Notes: a model not told the origin generated them from the sequence alone. Positions 39,035 through 47,677 are shown, counted from the first letter of the stretch. The stretch is DNA of 64,000 nt from Acidobacteriota bacterium (GCA_013289715.1 JABCZJ010000013.1:43118-107117), one strand, 5' to 3'. Program-made: numbers and translations.

Positions 39035-39834
39035 TCAACCGGCCGCTTTCCACAACTTCTGAAACTGTTCAACCGTTGCCGGCGCATATCCCGCATCGTG
39101 GCTGTTTACGTAAACGTATGCGCTGACACCTCGCCGGATTCTGCGCTGAGACACATTCACTCAGTTCATTAATTCTTTCGAGCGATCCACAATCACCTTG
39201 TCCCAGATTTTCGTTTGTTCCTCGATTCCCTTCCGATCCCGCAAGAGCCGGATGTAAGTGAAATCGGCGGTGATGGGATCAAACTTCTCAAATATCTCGC
39301 TCACGCGAGGCATCCAAGCCTGATCGATCAGCGCACAAGCGACTTTGTGCGCGCGCAACAGGTCGAAAAGCGGTTTGGAAAACCAGTTCTTGTTGCGAAT
39401 TTCGACCGCAAATTTGTACCTCTTCGGCAATTTTTTCAGAAATGGATCGAGCCGCACTAGAAAATCACCACCGCTCCTAAAAACCGTCCTGTTGAAATAT
39501 CCGAATTGGAAGAGGAGTGCCCCAAGCTTCTCACCCATCAAATCCAGCGTTTCTAGAGACTGCTGCAAGTCGTCGTCGCAGTCCTGCAAGACATTTTCGT
39601 GAGTGATGATCTGCGGAACCTTGGCGGCAAGAATGAACCCCGCGGGGTCTTGCGCTCCCAGCCGTTTACAGTGGCGACCGACGGCGTACGGTAAAACGTG
39701 GAGTCAACCTCGACCGTGTTGAATTTCGTCGCGTAATAGCGCAAGTAATCGGCGGCCTTCATCCCGGCAGGATAGAACGCTTGCTCCCAGCCAGCCGCGG
39801 TGAAGGCAGAAGTTCCGATGTGAAGATCAGTCAC
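39035..39834 (-). pseudogene. DUF72-family gene carrying a 1-nt frameshift and an in-frame TGA
   Basis: The N-terminal frame ('IGTSAFTAAGWEQAFYP…YATKFNTVEVDSTFYRTP') switches at about 39638-39641 to 'FILAAKVPQIITHENVLQDCDDD…'. TGA 39161-39163 is followed in frame by 'VNVSQRRIRRGVSAYVYVNSHDAGYAP…', the usual DUF72 C-terminus. Confidence 0.8.
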
Positions 39835-39946
39835 GCGGCCAACGTTCGCCCGCTAGATTATGAAAGTCAACTCGACAGCAGTGGCGCGATGAGGGAGCAG
39901 CCGGTCAACGTGCGGGATTGAACATCAGCCAATGGAGTCTAGACCG

Positions 39947-40246
39947 CTAACTTACATTCCATTCTGCAAGGTCTTCAGCGGTGGATTTTTCTCTCACGGA
40001 CTTCGTAAGATTGGGCTTGGCAATCTCCTTTCTCAATCGGGCTAGTAGCGCGGCGTGCGACTCTTTCTTCCGTTTCTTTCCCACGGTCTCGGCAGCCAAG
40101 GACTTCCGGGTTCCATGCGGTTCATCTCGTAGGCCACCTGCAACCAAAACACACCTCTTCCCGGTGGCGACTCCACACGTAGGACAGCGGACGGAAGATA
40201 TTTGCTCGTGTGTCAGTCGTCTCATTGTGATTTCTCCACTTTTCAC
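39947..40246 (-). CDS. Small basic Zn-ribbon-like protein
   Basis: 'CPTCGVATGKRCVLVAGGLRDEPHGTRK' has a C-x2-C…C…H pattern, and the tail is Lys/Arg-rich. The GTG start overlaps the crp-like stop (GTGA). An alternative ATG lies at 40225. Confidence 0.45.
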   Translation of the reverse strand: MKSGEITMRRLTHEQISSVRCPTCGVATGKRCVLVAGGLRDEPHGTRKSLAAETVGKKRKKESHAALLARLRKEIAKPNLTKSVREKSTAEDLAEWNVS

Positions 40247-40908
40247 TTAATGGACAGAGGACGGTTTTGTAGGAACTCGGCGACCCGAGCGCTATGTATT
40301 TGCAAGGCTCCGTTGTAGCTGACCAAACCCTTCCTCTTAAACTCGTTCATGAATTTGCTTACTCTTGCGCGGGTGGTACCAACCATCTCTGCCAGGGTCG
40401 ATTGGCTTACCTTCAGGGGGGAGTCCGACTTCGATTCCTTGGTTATCTCCCCAAACAACAACAGAACTCGTGCCAGTCGCCGTTCACTGAAATTGAAGAA
40501 TTGATCTATCAAGTCTTCCTCGAATCGAACAACCCGTGAAAGCAAGTATTCAACAAACGCGGTTGCAAACTGCGGGTCTCTCCTGAGCGTGCGAACGGTG
40601 CTCTCCTTTTGCAGCCGAATGACATTGGATTGTCCAATCGACCGCGCCGTGCAAATTCGCAGAGATTGCCCCGCCAGACAGCCTTCGCCAAAAAAACTAC
40701 CTTGCTGCAAGATGGCAATTATTGCTTTTTTGCGCGTGCTGACCACCGTGAGCTTCACCGTGCCGCTTTCCACGTAGAAGACGGAATCAGCCGAATCCCC
40801 CTGCGAAAAGACGATCTCTTTGTCTCGGTAGTTCCGAAAAGTCATCCCAGCATGGAACTTTTTGCGGAGAACTGTGCGACTGACGCCGAGGCTCCGCCTA
40901 CTCGCCAT
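40243..40908 (-). CDS. Crp/Fnr-family transcriptional regulator
   Basis: The cNMP-binding fold reads 'IVFSQGDSADSVFYVESGTVKL…FFGEGCL'. The C-terminal HTH reads 'STLAEMVGTTRARVSKFMNEFKRKGLV'. ATG 40908 is preceded by a GAAGGAG SD. Confidence 0.85.
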   Translation of the reverse strand: MASRRSLGVSRTVLRKKFHAGMTFRNYRDKEIVFSQGDSADSVFYVESGTVKLTVVSTRKKAIIAILQQGSFFGEGCLAGQSLRICTARSIGQSNVIRLQKESTVRTLRRDPQFATAFVEYLLSRVVRFEEDLIDQFFNFSERRLARVLLLFGEITKESKSDSPLKVSQSTLAEMVGTTRARVSKFMNEFKRKGLVSYNGALQIHSARVAEFLQNRPLSIK

Positions 40909-41012
40909 TCTAGTCTGCTCCTTCAATGAGCTTAGGAAACTTGTCCAGCGGGCACCAATCGTAGACTTTCCGGACTAACCCGTCTAGATGAGCAAAATTG
41001 ATCACCCGCAAG

Positions 41013-41363
41013 ATGTACACAATTGAACGGCCAGAAGTGAGTGAACTATTTCATCCGAAGACCGCGAAGGCGCAGACACGAAAGCGAGACGACGAATTCT
41101 TTATTGAGAATTGCAGTCGCCAAGTGCCAGCAGTGAATACCACGGATGGAATCGGGGCAGTCATCAAGAACAGGTCCATCGACGCGAAGAGAGTCGAACG
41201 CTACCTGGAGAGCAAGTTTGGCGAGTCGCTTGAGACGGTGCGCGCGGAGATGCATGACCTCGCGGAAGCCTTCCGGCCGGTGATTCCAGAGGGCGTGACA
41301 GGCTGGGGCGCCAAAGTAACTTTGGACACTGATCGAATCCGGTCGGTAGCGGCAGCGAAGTGA
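41013..41363 (+). CDS. Hypothetical protein
   Basis: An ORF with no recognisable motif, divergent from the crp-like gene. The start is ambiguous (TTG 40998 or ATG 41013). Confidence 0.3.
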   Translation: MYTIERPEVSELFHPKTAKAQTRKRDDEFFIENCSRQVPAVNTTDGIGAVIKNRSIDAKRVERYLESKFGESLETVRAEMHDLAEAFRPVIPEGVTGWGAKVTLDTDRIRSVAAAK

Positions 41364-41423
41364 CGGGCACCAGCCCCCACCGTTTGCAGACTCGAGGGGT
41401 CCGTCACGAATGCGATTTCGCGT

Positions 41424-41495
41424 TTACAAAGCGCGTACGATCCAAATGACCAAAAGGATAACGACTAGGGTTCCAATCAATCCATATCCGAACAT
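41424..41495 (-). CDS. 23-aa hydrophobic micro-protein (MFGYGLIGTLVVILLVIWIVRAL)
   Basis: It is below the ORF-track size cut-off. The ATG is preceded by GGAGG with an 8-nt spacer. The peptide has a single TM-like helix and a basic C-terminus. Confidence 0.4.
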   Translation of the reverse strand: MFGYGLIGTLVVILLVIWIVRAL

Positions 41496-41891
41496 AGTGG
41501 TCGCCTCCAAACTCAAGATCGTCGGATTCAGAAACCCGATGAGCTACTCTGGATTATTGGCTCGGCGATTTATGTCGCATTTGGCACACAATGCGTGTAA
41601 CCCGTGGGAGATCGAAGGGAGTCTTTTGCGAATCTCAAAATGACCAGCAGCACACAGCGCGGAATTGCCGTGCGGCAAAAAACGCCCTGCGGTGGAAATG
41701 GCGCCGGCCAAAACCCGAAGCGTCCGCCATTTTGATATTCGAATTAGCTCGTAGCCACTCCGCCAATTAGATGAGCCGTCCGCCCGGAGGCGTTTCTATT
41801 TCTCACCTTCAGGACAATTTATTTATTTCGTTGCCTTCCGCCGTCGTTCGCTTTATCGTTTAGCCATTGCAATGTCTATGTTCCTGCGCAG

Positions 41892-43550
41892 GTGGCCATG
41901 TGGAAAGTCTCTTCATTTGCCAAGGGCGTTTGGAATCCCGTAAAAATCTCTGAACTCCCAGCTGGTACCGCGCCTTCGAGCGAGGCGGCACTATCTGCAG
42001 GGCGGACACTCCTCCAAAACCAATATAGCCACTTGCTCGAATATCTCGAAAGCGAGGCCTCCGGCCATCGCGAGCTCGGCCGCGCCTCTACTTCACGCAA
42101 CGCGATTGAAGTTTGGGCAAAGGCCGCGCAGGAACAGTCGGTCGAATTTGACTGGGCCGGCGCTGGGAGGATCGAAGCTCTCGATGAGGCTCTCGGGTAT
42201 TTCCCAGATTTTAAGCCCTCGGATAATGTACGCGCTATCCCAACCACGCTTGCCTGGCATGATCGCACAGGCGCGATCATTCCAATCAGCATTGACGCGG
42301 AGGAACTTCTCATCGAATACGAGCCGAGTTTCGAGGACGAGAATCGCATCGCGCGGCTGCGATATCGTCATGCGACGCCCGAGCACGCTCTCGAAACTAT
42401 CTTTGATTGGCGCGGCTACTTCGGCACCGCAAGCGTTGTAGTTGACGGATGGAACACGATGCGACGGGCGGGAAACAAATTCGTTGTTTCTGTCCGTGCC
42501 AAGTTTGGCTTCATAGTCGGCAAGGTCTTGCACAGGCTTTCACGCCCGCAGCCGACCCTCGATCACGATCCCCTGTTCGTCGAACGCCTGGCTTCCGCGA
42601 TCAGCGCGCATCCTAAGGTCGCGGACGGCGTGCCCGGTCTCGATCGCATCTCGCCGGTAGCCCACGATACCGCTATCGTCTTTGTTCACGGTACGGTCTC
42701 CTGCGGGATCCAGAATTTGAAGGACCTGTATCCCGAACACCTTCACGTCCCCACATATCGGTTCGAGCACGATACGTTTCTTCCAGTGCCCGAGAACGGC
42801 GCAAAGCTCGCGGAACTGATCTCTTCTAACCTCAATGTCAAGCAGCTCATGATCGTTGGACATTCCCGCGGCGGGCTAGTTGCGCGCGTCGGACTGGAGA
42901 AACTTCGCAAACAGCACTACCCCGCTGCCATGGCTCTCCATACCTTTGGCACTCCACATCTGGGTACTCCCTTAGTTCAGATAGGGACCAAGCTTCGTAA
43001 CCAGATTTTCAAATTGGGCGGCCTGGTCATGGGCGCGCTGCCAGCGCTGACGCCCCTCGCTCTCGCTTATTCCTGTTTACTAGACGCCCCGGCGCTTCCG
43101 CTCGGTATCGACGTAATGCGATCGAACAGCCAGGGATTGGCACTCCTTAACGAACTCGGCGATAAGCAAAACGTAGAATGTTGGGGAAGCCAGTTCGATC
43201 GCAATGCGGGCACGTCAGGATTCGGCATCGAGATCGAAAACATACTCTTCGGGGCTCTCGATGGTATACCGAACGACCTCGTCGTGCCGACCAGCTCCGC
43301 CCTGTTCTTCGGTAACTCACGCCCTCTCCTCAAATGCTCGCACATCCAATACTTCCAAGATGCTGCTGTGCAGAAATTCTTCGACTCTCTGCGCCCCGCA
43401 GGCCCGCTTTCGACGCCGGCGCCGACTGCGACCTCTGTCGTGGAAACCCAGACGGATGTAAAGACTTCTCCGCTGATAAAACTCAAGAGCAAGAATGACA
43501 CTACTAAAGGCAGCGCGAAGACCTCTGTAGAAAAGAAGAAAAGTCCCTGA
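41892..43550 (+). CDS. Alpha/beta-hydrolase (lipase/esterase-like) protein with ~250-aa N-terminal domain of unknown function
   Basis: 'IVFVHGTVSCG' and 'MIVGHSRGGLVAR' (the G-x-S-x-G nucleophile elbow) are present. 'FGTPHLGTP', 'NDLVVP' (Asp) and 'CSHIQYF' (His) fit a lipase-type triad. The C-terminal tail is Lys/Ser/Thr-rich. Confidence 0.7.
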   Translation: MAMWKVSSFAKGVWNPVKISELPAGTAPSSEAALSAGRTLLQNQYSHLLEYLESEASGHRELGRASTSRNAIEVWAKAAQEQSVEFDWAGAGRIEALDEALGYFPDFKPSDNVRAIPTTLAWHDRTGAIIPISIDAEELLIEYEPSFEDENRIARLRYRHATPEHALETIFDWRGYFGTASVVVDGWNTMRRAGNKFVVSVRAKFGFIVGKVLHRLSRPQPTLDHDPLFVERLASAISAHPKVADGVPGLDRISPVAHDTAIVFVHGTVSCGIQNLKDLYPEHLHVPTYRFEHDTFLPVPENGAKLAELISSNLNVKQLMIVGHSRGGLVARVGLEKLRKQHYPAAMALHTFGTPHLGTPLVQIGTKLRNQIFKLGGLVMGALPALTPLALAYSCLLDAPALPLGIDVMRSNSQGLALLNELGDKQNVECWGSQFDRNAGTSGFGIEIENILFGALDGIPNDLVVPTSSALFFGNSRPLLKCSHIQYFQDAAVQKFFDSLRPAGPLSTPAPTATSVVETQTDVKTSPLIKLKSKNDTTKGSAKTSVEKKKSP

Positions 43551-43947
43551 GTCACCGTGATCACCAGAATCGCGCTATTTTGAGATTCGCAAAATCCTGC
43601 AGCAGGATGGGTCCCCTCCCGGAAAAATCCACTAACGTCTTCAAACTCTCACATCTCCATTGACTCGCAGATCGACAATTTGTATTTTGGGTTCACGCGT
43701 GGTCAAGCGCGAACTAGTCGGGACTGTGGCACCTGACAGCGAGACCAGGCTGACGCCTGACCGTTGTACGCACAAGCCGCTTAGAAAAATAGGGGCTGCG
43801 CTCCAACGCGAAGCTCGGCATAACTGTGACTCCCCTATAAAGCGCGCCCAATTTGGCACGGGCCTCTGGAATCTTCTGGAGGTGTGTACCGTGTCAATAA
43901 AATCAAATTCGCGAAGCAATTCTGCCCCAGCGTCTACTCCAATCCCT

Positions 43948-44701
43948 TTCGCGGAATTTTGGAACAAAAGCAAGTGCGCGCAGTGCGGTTCCGTAATTCG
44001 CAGAGGCGCTCCGAGGTGTTTGGTACTGTTCGCTGAACTCGGCGTCGGCCCTGGGTCTAGCGTGCTCGTCGCGATGTACCACACCGGCATGAGGATCGGA
44101 GAAGTGCTCGCGATTAAGTGGGATGAGGCAGACATCCCCGAGCGCGAAATCCACCTTGAACCTGGCACAACGAAGCACGACGAGGCACGCACTCTCCCGC
44201 TCCACGGTGAACTCCTCGAAGTGATTCAAATCCAGCGAGCGATGCATGATCGGAAGCATCCGGCGTGCCAGCCGGTTTTTTTCGCACGGCGGGAAGCCGA
44301 TCAAAAATCGATACAAGGTGTGGCGGACGGCGTGCGTGAAGGTCGGACTCGGAAGGACCGTCTGCGCCGCGCGCTCGGGCGAAATTGGCGAATCGGGTGC
44401 GTGTGCGCGGTGTTCCGGCAAGGCTGCAAAATCTGTGGGGTTAATTCGTCACGACCTTCGTAGAACCGGCGTAAGAGATCTGATTCGCGCCGGAGTTCCG
44501 CGGAGCGTCGCGATGAAAATCTCAGGGCACAAAACGGAGTCCGTATTCGAGCGGTACAACATCACATCGCAGGACGATCTTAGCGAGGCCGCGCGGAGCC
44601 TAACGCGGTATCTTGAAACGCAGGACAGCCAAAGCACAACAAAAGTGACCGTCGCGCAAACTTCCTCAGAAAAACAGCCAGCCGTAAGTCTTTTGAATTA
44701 A
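43948..44701 (+). pseudogene. Tyrosine recombinase (phage-type integrase) remnant: N-terminal domain missing, frameshift at T7 tract
   Basis: 'LVAMYHTGMRIGEVLAIKWDEADI' (the catalytic Arg box) is in one frame. 'HDLRRTGVRDLIRAGVPRSVAMKISGHKTESVFERYNI' (the H-x-x-R…H…Y boxes) is in another. The junction is at T7 44276-44282. Confidence 0.7.
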
Positions 44702-44702
44702 G

Positions 44703-44787
44703 TGCCCGGGGTGGGGGTCGAACCCACACGTCCCGTTAAGGACAAAGGATTTTAAGTCCTCCGCGTATGCCATTCCGCCACCCGGGC
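44703..44787 (-). tRNA. tRNA-Leu (anticodon UAA)
   Basis: I folded the cloverleaf by hand. The acceptor stem is GCCCGGG/CCCGGGC and the anticodon stem is GAGGA/TCCTT with loop CTTAAAA. It has a long variable arm (type II), T-arm GTGGG-TTCGACC-CCCAC and discriminator A. CCA is not encoded. Confidence 0.9.
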
Positions 44788-44952
44788 AGGGTCGCTCGAA
44801 GAACCGCGGGAAAAACTCACCAAAGATTAGCACGACGCCCCACCACGAGGCACCTGTCCACTCGCCACGAAATCCCACAACCCGCGCGCGACGCTCGAGC
44901 CGGATGGTGATAGCCTTATCCGCTGAACCGTTCGCCGGATGAGTGTTTTGCT

Positions 44953-45036
44953 TGTCATCCCGAACGGAGTCCCGCGCTTTTTCTTCCCGTCCGCAGTTTG
45001 GCGGGCGCGGGACGCAGCGCGGGATCTCGCTTTCCC
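44953..45036 (+). repeat. Structured ~84-nt repeat, family B, copy 1
   Basis: 'TGTCATCCCGAACGGAGTCCCGCGCTTTTTCT…GGCGGGCGCGGGACGCAGCGCGGGATCTCGCTTTCCC', with an internal GTCCCGCGC/GCGCGGGAC stem. It is near-identical to 46063-46145. Confidence 0.6.
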
Positions 45037-45067
45037 ACGCCGTGCGAACCCGGAGGCGCACACCAAA

Positions 45068-46000
45068 ATGCGCAAACCCATCGTGGTAGCAGGCAGCATC
45101 AATCTTGATCTCGTGGCCAGCGCCGACCACGTCCCCCTCCCCGGCGAAACCATCATCGGCAAGGATTTCCGCACCTTCCACGGCGGCAAAGGTGCCAACC
45201 AAGCCGTAGGCGTCGCGAAACTGGGCTACCCCGTCAGCATGTTAGGCAATGTCGGCGACGATTCGTTCGGCTCCGCGCTGAAAACCGCCCTCCGCCAATC
45301 CGGCGTCGCCGTGCAATCCGTCCATGCCGTAAAAGGTTCCTCCGGGGTCGCGCTCATCAATATCGGCGGTGACGGCCAGAACAACATCGTTGTAGTCCCC
45401 GGCGCAAACGGCAAACTTCAGCCCAAAGACATCACCGCGCACTCCGCATTGCTGCGCAAAGCAGGCATGATCCTCGCGCAACTGGAAATCCCGCTCATCA
45501 CTCTAGAAACCCTCGGCGCCTTCGCGCATCGCTACAAAATTCCGCTGATGCTCGATCCCGCCCCCGCTCGCGAATTGCCGTCGGGCCTCCTGCAGGTCAC
45601 CGGCTGGATCACTCCCAACGAAAGCGAGACGCGCATTCTCTGCGGCCTGCCTCCCACCGAGCCGGTCACTCCCGCCACGGCCGCGCGCTGCGCCAATCTC
45701 CTTCTCGAACGCGGCCCGAAAAATGTCGCAATTAAAATGGGCGCACAAGGCGCCTTCATCGCCACCGCCGATGGCATCCGCGAAATGGTTCCTTCGTTCG
45801 CAGTAAAAGCAATCGACTCTACCGCCGCCGGCGACGCCTTCAACGCCGGCCTTGCAGTCAGCCTGCTCTCCGGCAAGCAGCCTCTCGTGGCCGCGCGCTA
45901 TGCGACCGCAGTAGCCGCAATCTCCGTAACCCGCAACGGCGCCCAACCTTCCATGCCTACGGCCCGCGAAGTAGAAAAATTCCTGAAGTCCCAGAAATAG
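45068..46000 (+). CDS. rbsK: Ribokinase
   Basis: The protein is collinear with E. coli RbsK as I recall it: 'GSINLDL', 'PGETIIG', 'GGKGANQAV', 'NESE' and 'DSTAAGDAFNAGLA…TRNGAQPSMP'. ATG 45068; the longer ORF from 44939 translates through repeat B. Confidence 0.9.
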   Translation: MRKPIVVAGSINLDLVASADHVPLPGETIIGKDFRTFHGGKGANQAVGVAKLGYPVSMLGNVGDDSFGSALKTALRQSGVAVQSVHAVKGSSGVALINIGGDGQNNIVVVPGANGKLQPKDITAHSALLRKAGMILAQLEIPLITLETLGAFAHRYKIPLMLDPAPARELPSGLLQVTGWITPNESETRILCGLPPTEPVTPATAARCANLLLERGPKNVAIKMGAQGAFIATADGIREMVPSFAVKAIDSTAAGDAFNAGLAVSLLSGKQPLVAARYATAVAAISVTRNGAQPSMPTAREVEKFLKSQK

Positions 46001-46062
46001 CGGCCGCCCCGGTTTGCCCTTGGATCGGCCAGCACTCCGCCACATTTCACAAAAAATGTGCG

Positions 46063-46145
46063 TGTCATCCCGAACGGAGTCCCGCGCTTTTTCTGACCCG
46101 CCGCCCTCTGGCGGGCGCCGGACGCAGAGAGGGATCTGCTTTCCC
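46063..46145 (+). repeat. Structured ~83-nt repeat, family B, copy 2
   Basis: It is in the same orientation as copy 1 and lies between the convergent rbsK and TPR genes. Confidence 0.6.
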
Positions 46146-46149
46146 CCGC

Positions 46150-47373
46150 TCATTGCACCCTGGGCTCCGCCGTCAATTCCGGCTGCGGCAATTCCCCCTG
46201 GTTCAACTCACTGTGCCGCCGCTCGCGGCTCGTATTCAATAAATCCGTAGCCGTCAAAAGTTCCTTCTGCGCTTCTTCTGTCCTCCCCAACCGCATTAAT
46301 ATCTGCCCCTTCAAATTGTGATAATTCGCATTATTCGCATCCATCCGCAAAGCCGAATCCGCCGCCCCCAGTGCCAAGGAAAATTTCCCCTGCCGCTGAT
46401 AAACCCGCGCCAATCCAAAATAAGAACTAGAAAGGTGCCCATCCAACCGCAGCGCCCGCCTGAAATTTTCCTCCGCCTTCGCGTCGTCCTGCAAATACGC
46501 ATAAACCACGCCCAGCCGGTCGTAATCGAAAGCCACGTCCGGCTCGATCTCCGCATCCTTCAGGAATTCGTCCCGCGCTTTCTCAAAATCCGCCCGCGCC
46601 AAGTAGGCCAAACCCAAATTGAAATGCAGAAACGGCAGCCGCGCATCCAGCTCCGCCGCCTCCTGCAGTTCCGCGATCGCTTTATCATTCTCCTCGCGGT
46701 TCAGCGCCGCCTTCCCCATCAGCAAATGATATTCAGCCGTATCGCGCCCCAGCTCCACAAACCTCGTCAGCGCCCGCTCCTCCAAATCGCTCCGCCCCGC
46801 TTTGTTCGCCGCATTCCCCAGCACATATAGATAATTCAAGTCCGATGATTCGTCGGCCCAGATCGGCTCCAAAGCAGTCACCGCGTCGCCATACCGCTCC
46901 GTGAAAAAATAACAAAGCCCCAGCAAGTAACGCGCCTGCACCGACTCCGGCCGGTCGCGCACCACCGTTTCAAACGGCGCAATCGCCGAATGAAAATCAT
47001 TCTGCCGGTAATAAACCAATCCAATATTCAAACGTATCCCCGCGACACTCGGCGCCAGCCGCTCCGCTTTCTGCAACAATTCCAACGCCTGCCCCCACTG
47101 CTGCCGCCGCATCGCAATCACTCCCAAATTCGCATAAGCACCCGCCTCCCGTGGATCCGCCGTCAGGACTTTCCGGAACGCCCCCGCCGCCTTGTCCAGT
47201 TCCCCAGCCCGCAAAGCCGCTTCCCCCTCGGCAAAAAGCCCCGCCAAGTCCTGCGCCGCCGGTGCAACCCCGCCGGAGTGAGCCGCTTGCTGCGCGGCCG
47301 ATCCCACCGACGCGCCGCTGCCGACTACGGCAGTCGCTAAAAGCACCACGCGCAATATTCCGCCGCACTTCAC
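46150..47373 (-). CDS. Secreted tetratricopeptide-repeat protein
   Basis: It has a signal peptide (GTG start) and multiple 34-aa TPR-like units (…A…F…AL…P….A…LG…Y…). Confidence 0.8.
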   Translation of the reverse strand: MKCGGILRVVLLATAVVGSGASVGSAAQQAAHSGGVAPAAQDLAGLFAEGEAALRAGELDKAAGAFRKVLTADPREAGAYANLGVIAMRRQQWGQALELLQKAERLAPSVAGIRLNIGLVYYRQNDFHSAIAPFETVVRDRPESVQARYLLGLCYFFTERYGDAVTALEPIWADESSDLNYLYVLGNAANKAGRSDLEERALTRFVELGRDTAEYHLLMGKAALNREENDKAIAELQEAAELDARLPFLHFNLGLAYLARADFEKARDEFLKDAEIEPDVAFDYDRLGVVYAYLQDDAKAEENFRRALRLDGHLSSSYFGLARVYQRQGKFSLALGAADSALRMDANNANYHNLKGQILMRLGRTEEAQKELLTATDLLNTSRERRHSELNQGELPQPELTAEPRVQ

Positions 47374-47649
47374 GGCTAAAAACTAGCACACTTCGCGCCC
47401 GCTCGCCCGACGCCTGGGTACGCCGCTCTTGACAAAGCGCATTTACGGCAAAGATAGATCGGGTCAACGCGAGTTTGTCGAAACAGCTTCACGTCCGACC
47501 ACGGCTCGCACGCTGTGCAGAGCTCGCAGCAAATTCGGCGGGTTCGTGCGTGCCGAGCAAATCGAGTAGGCCTTGATGCAAAATGCAGTGACCGCCGGCT
47601 ACCCGCCTCCGAGGCCTCCCCACCGCGCCATGACCCCGAAGTTTTTCGC

Positions 47650-47677
47650 TTGACATATCCTCGCTCCCGTATATAAA
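47650..47677 (+). promoter_or_regulatory. Candidate sigma70-type promoter for the TonB-dependent receptor
   Basis: TTGACA (47650-47655), a 16-nt spacer, then TATAAA (47672-47677). This would give a leader of about 200 nt before ATG 47890. Confidence 0.35.

Larger units (their letters stand above)
34067..44702. mobile_element. Degraded integrative island inserted at the 3' end of tRNA-Leu(UAA)
   Basis: GC content drops visibly and third-codon-position G/C bias is lost from about 34.07 kb up to the tRNA. An integrase remnant abuts the tRNA 3' end. The 8-mer AAGTGCCC (+GGTG) recurs at both edges (34067 and 44700). The cargo includes a TA module and pseudogenes. Confidence 0.55.

Noticed and set aside
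41410-41643. A 77-aa plus-strand ORF between the hypothetical gene and the lipase-like gene.
   Set aside because: It has no SD and an odd composition. It overlaps the better-supported minus-strand micro-ORF, which has a canonical GGAGG-N8-ATG.
43660-43947. The 5' third of ORF 43660-44463 as the N-terminal domain of the integrase or a separate gene.
   Set aside because: The sequence 'MTRRSTICILGSRVVKRELVGTVAPDSETRL…' shows no SAM-like or arm-binding integrase features. It is more likely a scrambled remnant. Only the region from about 43948 onward resembles recombinase sequence.
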